From: Podarcis filfolensis | Taxonomy: Eukaryota | DNA: 64,000 nt | Reading direction: 5' to 3' (one strand) | Assembly (NCBI GenBank): GCA_964270895.1 | Contig: OZ185453.1 | Part shown: piece by piece, positions 49,441 through 61,019 of the stretch | Layout of the letters: each line of letters starts with the position of its first letter | Position numbering within the stretch: the first letter of the stretch is position 1 | Position numbers and translations under genes: made by a program | The notes under the pieces: generated by a model | What the model saw: only the letters and a program-made list of their open reading frames with translations | Told to the model about the DNA's origin: nothing | The model's database searches: none

Positions 49441-49787
49441 GTAAAGGGACCCCTGACTATTAGGTCCAGTCATGGCCGACTCTGGGGTTGCGGCGCTCAT
49501 CTCGCTTTATTGGCTGAGGGAGCCAGCGTACAGCTTCCGGGTCATGTGGCCAGCATGACAAAGCCGCTTCTGGCGAACCAGAGCAGTGCACGGAAATGCC
49601 GTTTACCTTCCCACCGGAGCGGTCCCTATTTATCTACTTGCACTTTGACGTGCTTTCGAACTGCTAGGTTGGCAGGAGCAGGGACCGAGCAACGGGAGCT
49701 CACCCCTTTGCGTGGATTCGAACCGCTGACCATCTGATCGGCAAGTCCTAGGCTCTGTGGTTTAACCCACAGCGCCACCCGCATCCC
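49441..49787 (-). mobile_element. Sauria SINE, full length, antisense
   Basis: Reverse complement of the 42683 family. The 12-bp TSD gtcagtgtgcta lies at 49407-49418 and 49788-49799, with 22 extra nt at the 3' junction. Confidence 0.92.
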
Positions 49788-51102
49788 GTCAGTGTGCTAC
49801 TAAAAATAAATTAATGAAACAAGGACCCTTGTGATTCCAGTGTACCAACACACAGAGGGAGCTATCCACTGAGTCTCTGCATAATCCACTGTCCTTCTGG
49901 CCTGGCATGAAAGGTAAACTTTTCCGATACAAGAGTGAGGCATGCCTCAAAATTTAATTCAGAAACCAAGTATGCTTCAGCTGTCAGAAGACTGGAGACT
50001 CAGCTACTTTAGTAAAGAAAAAGCATGTTATATGCGTTATAACACTGTGACACCAGATGGTGCTGTGGAGTTACGTCTTCCGCCAATGTGATTTCCCACT
50101 TGGAGGTTTAAGGCGTGTTTTCTTGAAACACTTTATTTGATGTGTCTAGATCCAGCCAGGAAAACCCACATTAGAACAATAGGGAAGGGTGTGTATCAAG
50201 TAGCTTTGTTACTTGCAGTGTTTACTTTATTCGTTCTCTTTAAAATAAATAAATAAGTTACCGATCCTGCATTTGAACTGGTAAGGAAACATGATTTTAG
50301 AATGGCATTTTCTATCTCATAACGTTATGCAGCGGCTTTCCCTTCAGCAACGATTGATGTCATGCCAACAGAAACATGCCAGCAATTATTAAGAGAGGTT
50401 AACTTGTGTAATCTGCTGATTAGGCTGTGCTGTATATCATTCCTATTATGTACTTCCAAGATTCAGCTTCCTTTAGAAGGAAGCTGCAGGAGGCTTGTGG
50501 CATTCTGTAACATTTGCATTTCTTTACAGTTATATCGGGTGAGCATAGGTAGAGATTCACCGCTTAATACTCCACAAACACCCCGAAGTGCAACTAGTAC
50601 CCTCAGATTCTTCCAGAGAGAAACTCAGCTCTCTGTCTGCTTCCAGTTTTTGAGCTCATCCACACAAGAGTTTAAAGTGGATTTGAAGCTGCTTCAGTCT
50701 TACCCACCTCCCCCTTTTTTTGTCGCATCCACATGATGCTCTCATCCGAGTGGCAGCCTTCACTACCCACCCCCAATCCATTCCCCCCCCCCAATCCATG
50801 GATAACCTGATAAGGGAAGTATTTGCAAAATTAAAGCACGTGTTACCCAACTGTGAATGCGATGAAGTGCATTGTGAGAGCAGGGTTTGTATAGGTTTCA
50901 TTAGGTTCCATCTAACACTACAACACCTAATTCCATTTTGCTTCCATCAGCTCAAAGAAAAGGATGCAGTCTGCTCTTTTTATAAGAATAAAATATCCCA
51001 CAGAATTATTGTTGCTTCTCAGGCTCTCATTAGGGGCAGTTTAAACATTCTTGATGGACTAAATGTTTTCTCATTGCTCCAACATTATTGTGCATATACG
51101 TA

Positions 51103-51497
51103 CAGTCATACCTTGGATCCTGAACGCCTTTGTGAGTTGAACGTTGTGGCTCCCGAACCCTGCAAATCCAGAAGGAGTGTGGTGGAGTCTCCTTCTTTGG
51201 AGGTCTTTAAGCAGAGGCTTGACAACCATATGTCAGGAGTGCTCTGATGGTGTTTCCTGCTTGGCAGGGGGTTGGACCCGATGGCCCTTGTGGTCTCTTC
51301 CAACTCTATGATTCTATGATTCTATGATTCTATGAGTGTTCCGGTTTGCGAACGTTCTTTGGAACCTGAATGTCTGTGGCTTCCACGGCTTCCAATTGGC
51401 TGCAGGAAACTCCTGCAGCCAATCGGAAGCCGCACCTTGGTTCCCGAACGTTTTGGAAGTTGAACAGACTTCCAGAACAGATTCCGTTCGACCACTG
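51103..51497. mobile_element. Tc1/mariner (Tigger-like) MITE interrupted by a CR1 3' end
   Basis: It begins ta|cagtcataccttgg and ends ...gttcgaccactg. It has an internal hairpin at 51387-51431 and gaacg repeats. Confidence 0.7.
51181..51333 (+). mobile_element. CR1 LINE, 5'-truncated 3' end with (ATTCTATG)n tail
   Basis: gtggagtctccttctttggaggtctttaagcagaggcttgac...ccaactctatg(attctatg)3, flanked by gagtgt at 51175-51180 and 51334-51339. Confidence 0.9.
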
Positions 51498-52400
51498 CAG
51501 ATATATAGAGATAGAGCACAATAGTTGGAAAGTGGGGGAAGGCGGTTGGGGGGGGGGAAGCCTCTGAGTTTCATTGTGGGAGGAGTACTTTTTGTTGTGC
51601 TTTTATCAAAGAAGACAAAGCTTTGGGGGTGGGCAATGAAGAGGGCTGGTGAATCTGTTTGGGGTCCCACAGTAGATTGGAAAACAAGGCTCCATCTTAG
51701 ATCCCTGCAGAATTCTGACAATTACACATTTCAGAAACCAGGCTCTTTCACTCAAACAGTTTGAACTAGCACATACAGTCATGCATGTACAGTTCTCCCA
51801 AGCTAAATATGGTCAAAGAGGCTTTTGAGATGCTTGCAACCAATTTTCAGAGTTCTTCTTTCCATTAGTTTTAATAGCTTGAGTAGATAAATTTTATTAG
51901 TTGCTTTCATCTCTGTCATCATATATATTTCTATGATAAGCTTGTCTATTGCTGAGCTGTTAATACTAATTACAGTGGTCATGTTCTTTATGAAAACTAT
52001 CACTTTGTAAGCACAATTGTGAAAGCTTAATCACTCACACCCAAATTTCAAGCTAATGCACACAGAAATGGCTTAAGCAGAATGGACAGCTTGCATTTAG
52101 TGTATTAACTGAATGGGCTTGTTGACATTTCAGTTCAGTCCTGAGGGATACGCTTCCCATCTCAGGGAACCCCAATTCAGTCACCTTTACAACTTTGCTA
52201 CAGGAACCCTTCTTTTCCCCCTAGATTTTAAACAGTGTGCGCTCACTCTTTGTGACAGTTCCCGTACTCCTTCTCTTGCAATCTTTTTAAATATATATTG
52301 CCACTCTAAACCCTTGCTGAAACAATCATTAAATTTTCTATTACTACAGTGAATAGCCCATTATAAAGTTGGTAGGAGCTTTGATTTCTTCATGCACCTA

Positions 52401-53355
52401 CCGTATTTTTCGCACCATAGGGCGCACCGGACCATAGGGCGCACCCAGTTTTTTTTGGGGAAAATAAAGGGGAAAAATTATTTTTCCCCCAGGCGCGGGG
52501 CTGGGGCGGGGGAAGCTCGAGCTTCCCCCGACCCCAGCCCCCAAACAGGCAGCTCTCTGCAAGCCGTGGGAGCGCTCCCACTGCTTGCGGAGAGGTCCGC
52601 GAAGCCTGAGCGCGCTGATCTCAGCACGCGCAGGCTTCGGCATGCTGGCAACTCTCCGCAAGCAGCGGGAGCGCTCCCGCTGTTTGCGGAGAGGTCCGCG
52701 AAACCTGGGCGCGCTGATCTCAGCGCGCGCAGGCTTAGGCATGCTGGCAACTCTCCGCAAGCAGCGGGAGCGCTCCCGCTGTTTGCGGAGAGGTCCGCGA
52801 AGCCTGGGCGCGCTGATCTCAGCGCGCGCAGGCTTCGGCATGCTGGCAAGTCTCCGCAAGCAGCGGGAGCGCTCCCGCTGTTTGCGGAGAGGTCCGCGAA
52901 GCCTGGGCGCGCTGATCTCAGCGCGCGCAGGCTTCGGCATGCTGGCAAGTCTCCGCAAGCAGCGGGAGCGCTCCCGCTGTTTGCGGAGAGGTCCGCGAAG
53001 CCTGGGCGCGCTGATCTCAGCGCGCGCAGGCTTCGGCATGCTGGCAACTCTCCGCAAGCAGCGGGAGCGCTCCCGCTGTTTGCGGAGAGGTCCGCGAAGC
53101 CTGGACGCGCTGAGTTCAGCGCGCGCAGGCTTCGGCATGCAGGCAAGTCTCCGCAAGCAGCGGGAGCCCAGCGCTGGGCTCCCACTGCTTGCAGAGAGGT
53201 GTGCGAAGCCTGGAGAGCGTGAGGGGTCGGTGCGCACCGACCTCTCTCACTCTCCAGGCTTCAGCGAAAGCCTGCATTCGCACCATAGGACGCACACACA
53301 TTTCCCCTTCATTTTTGGAGGGGAAAAAGTGCGTCCTATGGTGCGAAAAATACGG
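52401..53355 (+). mobile_element. TA-flanked Tc1/mariner-type MITE (CCGTATTTTTCGCACCATAGG TIR) containing a 99-bp tandem array
   Basis: ta|CCGTATTTTTCGCACCATAGG ... CCTATGGTGCGAAAAATACGG|ta, a perfect 21-bp TIR. Confidence 0.92.
52559..53211. repeat. 99-bp GC-rich minisatellite, 6 full units plus a partial unit
   Basis: Units start at 52559, 52658, 52757, 52856, 52955, 53054 and 53153 and are nearly identical. Confidence 0.95.
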
Positions 53356-55368
53356 TACTTTTTTTTAATCAAAAGGTAGAAAAAGTGGTACATCTTAGAA
53401 ACATTCAACCAAAGACAATTGGAGAGCCTGGTGTACATTAAAATAAAGCAGCTATGCATATTGGGCCGGCAGCTTGCATGTTATGCCTAGAAAGATTCGT
53501 TGCCACTGCTGTTGTTGCCAGACCACAGATGAGCAGAGCAGATCAGACATTCAAGAGAGCAGGAGTTCTTCTCTGGATGGGATTAAAATCCAAACCAGAG
53601 GTGGGTCATATTGAAGGCGGGGCGGTATTGCCTTCACCCAGTTGCCAGTTAGGAGATTCATATAATGATGATAAATAATAAAAGCATAAATATAATGTTG
53701 AATAGATAACTATCATGCTTACGTGATTTAATAATGTAATTAGCCATCCAGTTACTTTTGCTGGTAAGAGAGACTGATTATAAAGGCCATGACATTATTA
53801 GAATGGAAATATTGTCGTCAGTGGACACTCTAAATTGCAGCTAACACTCCAAAATCTTTCTAGAGGCAAAACTCACCAGCTCTACATTCTTTTCACTGAT
53901 CTGCATTTCCTCTCTATGTTCATACAACCCACACTCATTTAGGACCGTTCTTTATAGGGGAATCCCTAGGCTGCAGCCTGAATCTGCTTAGACTTGTTTT
54001 TAACCATCCTTGGTGTATATCTGTTATGAGGTTCCTTTGGCCCACTTCATGTATCTTCTCAACTCTGGAGAGTGTTAATACCAGTTTCTAACATAATTTC
54101 CCTTACAGAGCCATTATCCCACGTTAAGATTTTTTTCTTTGCCCTGTAAATATGTTTAAACAGCACTTCTAGAAAAGACTTTGTATCCAACGTTTGGTAA
54201 ACCACTAAGGCAGGGTTGAGGAACCCGTGGCCCTTCAGAAGTCGCTTCTATCATCCCTGAGCATGGAGCCCTGTTGCCTGGGGTTGATGAGAGCTGAAGT
54301 CCAACAATAAATGGCGGGACACAGGCTTCCCACCCCTCCACCATTGGAAGGAAAATCTACAACTGGGGAAGCCACTGAGAAGCCTTCTTAGTATCTCTAG
54401 CTGTGAAACTGGCACACTGGTAATCAAGAAAATTCTCCAGGTTGAACTTAAAGACCAATGTAGCATATTAAGGAGAAGGTATTCTGTGTTCCTTTACTAT
54501 CTGGGGCTTAATAAGTAAAAAAAACCCAACACCTATTCTTGTGCCCTGAATATCATAAGAAACCCGTGGAGACTCTGGCAAAATTGGTGTAATCCCCCCC
54601 CCCTTCATTTCTTGGTTTGTCAGGTGTGTTTTGCAGCCAAGGAAGTTTCCAGGAAGTCTTTATCAATAAGACTTCAACATAGAATGCATGAGCCATTTTG
54701 CTTTGAATAATGGAGAAATGGCTGGTGGTTATTAGGCACCGTCAAACAGAGCAGATGGCAGTCTTCTTGCAAAATGAAAATAAGCATCACTTCCTCAACC
54801 TGGGCATCCAAACATGAGAGACCAGGGAAAGCTGCTGTGTGCATTCCTATCCTTGCATTTTCAGCCACAGGGTCTTACTACATCGCTACCTTAGTTGTTT
54901 TTTTTATGCACCCTCTGTTGCATCATCTGTACCAATTTCCTCACCCTGGCCAAACACTGGGTCACTACCAATAGCAAGTTCTGCATGGCCCTGCAGTGAA
55001 AAAGCAGTTCTGAGATCACTTGTTTCTGCAGCAGGATTCTGGCAGCTGGAGGGAACATCAGAGGAAGTCTACAGCCATGGGGTGCATCATGCCGTGCCAA
55101 ATTAAACACTCGGCCTGAAATCCACACCTCATTTACTGGGAAGATATCCTGTTCATGTTGAAAGGACGGGATACAGGGTTGTGAACTGAAACATAATGCA
55201 AAATGTTTGTCTAGTGCCTCAAATGATATATTTTATCATATCAATGGCAGAAATGCTCATTTTCCCTCTCAGAATCAGCAGGAAAAACACTTGTTATATT
55301 ATATTTACAGCAGTAGTTACCTGAATGTATGTGTGTGTGTGTGTATACTGAGGACCGGAACCGACACC

Positions 55369-55373
<5 letters not shown>

Positions 55374-55408
<35 letters not shown>
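55374..55408. repeat. (CA)n microsatellite
   Basis: Direct dinucleotide run. Others lie at about 60510-60532 and 60597-60631. Confidence 0.95.
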
Positions 55409-55409
<1 letters not shown>

Positions 55410-56470
55410 TTCCTTGCTAATCAACATGCTGGTAGTTCAGCCCCACTGGAATGACAAACCCTAGGTAGCTCTCTTGCAAAGTAACATGTCAACCTTCCCA
55501 TCTATTTCAAAGCCCCACTGTAGCAGAGCAGCTTGTAGAAATGAGCTTAGCAATCATCTGCAGAAAAGAGTTCTAATCTTATCAAGATGGGAATTGATTT
55601 TCTTCATCTTGATATAAGGAGCTTCACAGCGTGCACATGCAATAGTATCAGTGGGATGGAAAGTACAGCTGTTCAGGCAAGATTATTAGGCTGGGAAACC
55701 TGTGGCTGCGTCCATATACAAGGCAATGTTGTCGTTGGCATCTAGGATCCTTATTGCCCAAATAAGTCGTGCACTCGTTTTTAGCCTTGCTTGAATCTAC
55801 CACCAGAGGGAGCTGAGTTTACAACACTTAACACACACAAAGAGAAAGAATGCTCGCTGATTACAAAAGCTTTAAGAGCCATTAACAAATGCTTTTTTTT
55901 CTGTAAAAGCTGTTCTCCGGCAGTTTGAATAAAGCTAGGGGTGGCATTTTTCCCATCGAGATTGAGATCATTTTCTGGCAACACTTGTATATCATCCTGA
56001 AGCACTTAAATGTAAATAATTTCGCTCCTCTCCTGTTTCATTGCCCTCTTGCAAGTGTGAGTCTTCGCTTTGTATTAGAAGAATGCAAAATAAAATGCGC
56101 CATTGTTATGGAAAACAATGGGTTAGTGACCATGGTCTTCCAATGTTTTAATTGGGAAAGGCATTCTCAATTCTACACCGATTGCCAACAAACTGAACAT
56201 CTGTGCTATTATTGCTTTCTAATACTCAAATAATTTTTAAGGGTTTTTTCGGGGGGTGGGGGTGGTATTGGCTTATATTTGCTTTTGATTTCCACAAATG
56301 AAAGCTGCTATACTAAGTGTTTATCTCATGCTGTATTTCTGCATTTAATAGCTGCATTAATTTACCAACAAGGCTAGGATTCTGCCTTCGGATTCTGACA
56401 GTTGAGTACCATGCAAGGATAAGAGTAGAGAATACCCCGCCCATCTGGGAGACTCAGCCAGATGGGCGGG

Positions 56471-56509
<39 letters not shown>

Positions 56510-56551
56510 CCCCCATCCACCACCTTTGTAGAGCTCAGTGAGTGCTACACT

Positions 56552-56807
56552 GAGAGCCAGTGTGGTGTAGTGGTTAAGAGTGGTAGACTCGTAATCTGGT
56601 GAACCGGGTTCGCGTCTCCACTCCTCAACATGCAGCTGCTGGGTGACCTTGGGCCAGTCACACTTCTCTGAAGTCTCTCAGCCCCACTCACCTCACAGAG
56701 TGTTTGTTGTGGGGGAGGAAGGGAAAGGACAATGTTAGCTGCTTTGAGACTCCTCTGGGTAGTGATAAAGCGGGATATCAAATCCAAACTCTTCTTCAAA
56801 CTCTTCT
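56552..56807 (+). mobile_element. tRNA-derived SINE with (CTT)n tail (Squam3-type)
   Basis: Head gagccagtgtggtgtagtggttaagag...gaaccgggttcg and tail caaatccaaactcttcttc. It is nearly identical to 62679-62929. Confidence 0.88.
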
Positions 56808-57171
56808 ACATAGACTTCTGGGTAGTGAGAAAATAGAAAAATATTTTATCTTAACAACATTAACCTTTTGAGCTCTCTGCAGTGATGGGAGAGTGTTGCT
56901 AAAGAGTATTGCAAGGCTTTTCTTTGGGATACATATCATCACCAGAATCCGCTTGTGCCATTCAAGTCACTGTGTTACGTTGACATTGCTCTTATGTATT
57001 GTTATGAGTGGGGGCTTGGAACACTCTTTGGTTCGTAGAGGAGGAGCGTGTTTTGTATGTGTGCTAACAGGATAGCAAGAAGACTCCCTTCGTGACTGAG
57101 CCATACGCATACATAGTCTTTCTACCTCCCTGTTTAATAACCGGATATCTCTTTGTTTTGTTTTGATCCAG

Positions 57172-57291
57172 AGCCGAGATTGCCTGAAGCTGGGCCCACC
57201 TGCAGAGGGAGAAGTCGTTCAAGTGAAATGGCCAGATGGAAAACTTTATGGTGCAAAATATCTAGGAACCAATGTAGCTTACATGCATAAT
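57172..57291 (+). CDS. KDM4C: KDM4C internal coding exon (120 nt), [40 protein letters not shown] (Tudor)
   Basis: Acceptor tttgttttgttttgatccAG and donor GTAAGT at 57292, 40 codons. It matches KDM4[31 protein letters not shown]. Confidence 0.97.
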
Positions 57292-59153
57292 GTAAGTTGC
57301 ATTTAGTGATCTGTAAATTGAAAACCTTCATTCGGTTGTCGGATTCTGGTGCTCATTATATGGCCAGTATTATGTTGGTTGTGCTAGATGAAAACTTATT
57401 TAACAGGGATAGCCAACTGACAGTCTGCAATATGTTTTGGCCCAGTACCTGTGGTTCAATTTGTGTCTCTCCAGATGAGAGTGTTCCCTAGCTTCACCTC
57501 TGCTTGGACAACTGGTAGCCTTGCTTACAGTGGTCGGAGGGTGGGAGGGATGACTTAGTCATACAGAAAATGTCTAAGGTCAGTAAGCCTGAATCACTTG
57601 TTTCAACCCAATTCTGTGTTCATAAAAGTGAACTCAGATCTCCAGAGAAACCTTGTCAGGATCATCGTTTAGTTACAGCTCACAATAAGAGCACCTCGTT
57701 TCAAACTTCTTAAGATACCCTTCAACAGCTGTGGATTAATCAAGGCTCAGAAGGGCATCATGACATTTGAAACTTAAGCCGCCTATCCTGGTCTTTTGTG
57801 GTGCCTGGCCTCTTACAGCTGACCCCCAGGCCGAGTCGTAACTGCAGCAGGTGGGGTGAATTCCTCACAGTGGTATTGGCAGCCTTGCAATAGGCTGTGG
57901 CAAGAACTCCTGAATTGTGTACTTCAGATACCTTGTATTAGAAATGCTATGAAGCACTAGTATGAATACCTCAACAGATGGGAAATGAAAATAACTTGAA
58001 ATGTTGGTGCAGAGTCATTTTAAGATACATAAAATTAGATGATGTAAGATGAACCATTGTTCTTGACAACTGTGGCCATTAAAAACAGTTACTCAGGGTA
58101 AGCACATGTGCCTTATTAGAAGTAGAATTATTTCCTGTTAGTCGGATTTAAGTGCCCTTTCCAAGGTCACATGAGAGCCCTAATTGCCCATTTCTTGGGA
58201 CCATGTGTCCTATCGTCTAACAATAAGATCAGGCAAAAAAGAAGTGCTAAAAAAAGCAGAAAGATGATATGACAGGTGGCATTTTAAAACAAAGCAGTTC
58301 CAATTAAGAAACCATAACATTCTTGTAGGGTTGTGGAAACATTTCTGTATGGAGGGTGAGAAAAGGAGAAATGAAAGAGTGGGGGAAACCTTTATGTTGC
58401 TTAGGACACCTTTATGCATTACAGTTCCCACGCCAGAAAATACTTATGTCCTTCAGGCCTAATGCCATTTTCTTTGGCAGCAGTAAAGAAACTGCTGAAA
58501 CCTTTCCCTGCCAGATGTGTTCTTTGTGAAGCTTGCCGTCAGCTGCTTTTACCCCACCAGTGTTCCAGGCCTGCTTCTGTGAGAGGCAGCATGATCATCT
58601 CAAGAGGGATTTGTTCCTCACAGCAGTGCCACACTCGAGTCTAAGCCTAGGCATCTCTCCTCATTCTGCTGTTCTGAAAAAAACCGAGCTTCCTCATTCT
58701 AATGGTCAGTTCTTTTGGTGCTTTGAAATACTTATGGTTAATCAACAAAGGAATTCCCCAGACTTCACCAACACTTGTTAATTGACTAGGATTAAAGACG
58801 TACACACTTAGACCGTTTACATAGGTTAATTAACTCTTCACGTGCTAATTGCTGATGTTCAGAAGTAGGTACACACATTCCAATGCACATGGATCTTGAT
58901 TACATTCTCTTTTTTTCCCAAAAATGTTTATTGATCTTGATTACATTCTCAAAGTCTAACACATAGTCTTTATACATAAAGACTAATTTAACACCACAAA
59001 CCCCTTGCATAAACCCCTTTCTTAGACACTTTCATACTGTCTTATAACACGTACCAGAATAACATACAGGTTTAAATCTTAATATGTACTAAACCTAAAC
59101 ATTTAGCACCACAGATCTATTACACTACTTAGTGATTAACACCAACATACGAG

Positions 59154-59509
59154 TGGGTGGCGCTGTGGTCTAAACCACAGAGCCTAGGGCTTGCCGATCA
59201 GAAGGTTGGCGGTTAAAATCCCTGTGATGGGGTGAGCTCCCGTTGTTCGGTCCCTGCTCCTGCCCACCTAGCAGTTCGAAAGCACGTCAGAGTGCAAGTA
59301 GATAAATACGTACCGCTCCGGCGGGAAGGTAAACGGCGTTTCCATGCACTGCTCTGGTCCGCCAGAAGCGGCTTAGTCATGCTGGCCACATGACCCGGAA
59401 GCTGTCTGTGGACAAACGCCAGCTCCCTCGGCCTATAGAGTGAGATGAGCGTACAACCCCAGAGTCGTCCGTGACTGGACCTAACGGTCAGGGGTACCTT
59501 TACCTTTAT
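59154..59509 (+). mobile_element. Sauria SINE
   Basis: Same family as 2515 and 42683, ending ggggtacctttaccttta. No clear TSD. Confidence 0.9.
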
Positions 59510-60593
59510 GAGCAGGAAGTGGCGCCATACTAAATAACCCCTTCCCCTGGTGTCTGCACACAGAATGCAAAGGTCTGAAGGAAGGAGCCTTTGCACGTCT
59601 CGGCTTCTGGAACATTTGGGGTTCCAGATTGCACAGAACTGTGATTGCACAAAATCTCAACCTTTCAGACGTGTGCATTCTATCAATGGCACTAGGGAGA
59701 AGAGCTGTTTGGCACAGTGTTGCTTCCTGCTCATTTTAATCATGCATAGAGCTTCGGTCTGAACTAGTTGGGTTTAGGCAGCACTTCCATGTCACTTTTT
59801 ACAGACGCTGAAGTGTGATAGGAAATCAAAACATGGTCACTGTTTTAGTGTTGCAAATCTGTGAAGATCAGTAATAATAAAAAAGGCCAGGATTTTTTAA
59901 GTGGAAACCTGAGCCTTAAACATTGTCTTACGATTTTGCTTGTGTGTCCCTTTTTAATATGCATGTGTGAGCTTATGAAGATGACTAAATTACCCATGTA
60001 CCTAATCAAATGCTTTCCAGCAATTCCAATTAAACTGCTAATTTATGATGTCCTGATGCAAGAAAAGCACATAGAGAGAACTAAGTAGCAAATGTTACTG
60101 ACATATTATTGCAGTAGTGGTTTTTATTATTATGTGTGTCTGTCTCTTGGGGCTGATATAAATTAATATGGACAGTGATTGACAAACTGAGTGGTCTACA
60201 TTATGCCAACTCAAGCCTAGTTCAGATTTGGACTCATTAGAGATGATCTATTGACACTCTCTGCCATAAAACCCTATTGAATAACTTAAAGGAGCCATTA
60301 CTTGTCATTAGATCTCTACAATTTGGAAATATTTTCCCAGCACAGAATAGAATTTGGTTTCTAATTAACTGGTGCGGCAGACACACGGCCGAATCTTCTG
60401 GAAGAGCTGAAACCGCATAGTATGGTAGTTTTATCTGGACAACATTGGCTGCTTTTGTGTGGTATATTATGCCTAGATTTAGAGGAGATTATCAGTTATG
60501 GGGAGCCTGTACACACACACACACACACACACATGCACATACTGATGTTGGACTACAATTCATCTCATCTCTGACTGTCAGGCAGTGGGTGGT

Positions 60594-60634
<41 letters not shown>

Positions 60635-60740
60635 CTAATATCACTACCCTGAAAATATTTGGGCTAACAAAAATCTTTTGATACTGTCAGGAAGGCTTTA
60701 GACATATTTGAGTAAGGTGTATGGATCCCTACTGTACATA

Positions 60741-61019
60741 CAGTGGTACCTCGCAAGACGAATGCCTCGCAAGACGAAAAACGCGCAAGACGAAAGAGTT
60801 TTTCATTTTTTGAGTCATTCCGCAAGACGAATTTCCCTATGGGCTTGCTTCGCAAGATGAAACGTCTTGCGAGTTCTTGCGAGTTTGTTTCCTTTTTCTT
60901 AAAGCCGCTAAGCCGTTAATAGCCGCTAAGCTGCTAATAGCCGTGCTTCGCAAGACGAAAAAACCGCAAGATGAAGAGACTCGCGGAACGGATTAATTTC
61001 GTCTTGCGAGGCACCACTG
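60741..61019. mobile_element. Tc1/mariner (Tigger-like) MITE with repeated GCAAGACGAA motifs
   Basis: ta|CAGTGGTACCTCGCAAGACGAA ... TTCGTCTTGCGAGGCACCACTG|ta. Confidence 0.9.

Noticed and set aside
50720-51247. 175-aa ORF
   Set aside because: It runs from unique intron through a MITE into a CR1 3' fragment. Only the end (VVESPSLEVFKQRLDNHMSGVL) is meaningful, as the CR1 ORF2 terminus.
52559-53211. CRISPR-like array of palindromic repeats
   Set aside because: The units are contiguous with no unique spacers, the context is a vertebrate intron, and there are no cas genes.
52392-53379. Four long ORFs (235-279 aa) on both strands
   Set aside because: They come from a GC-rich 99-bp tandem unit, a multiple of 3 with stops in only some frames, inside a MITE. 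The translations are simple repeats with no domain.
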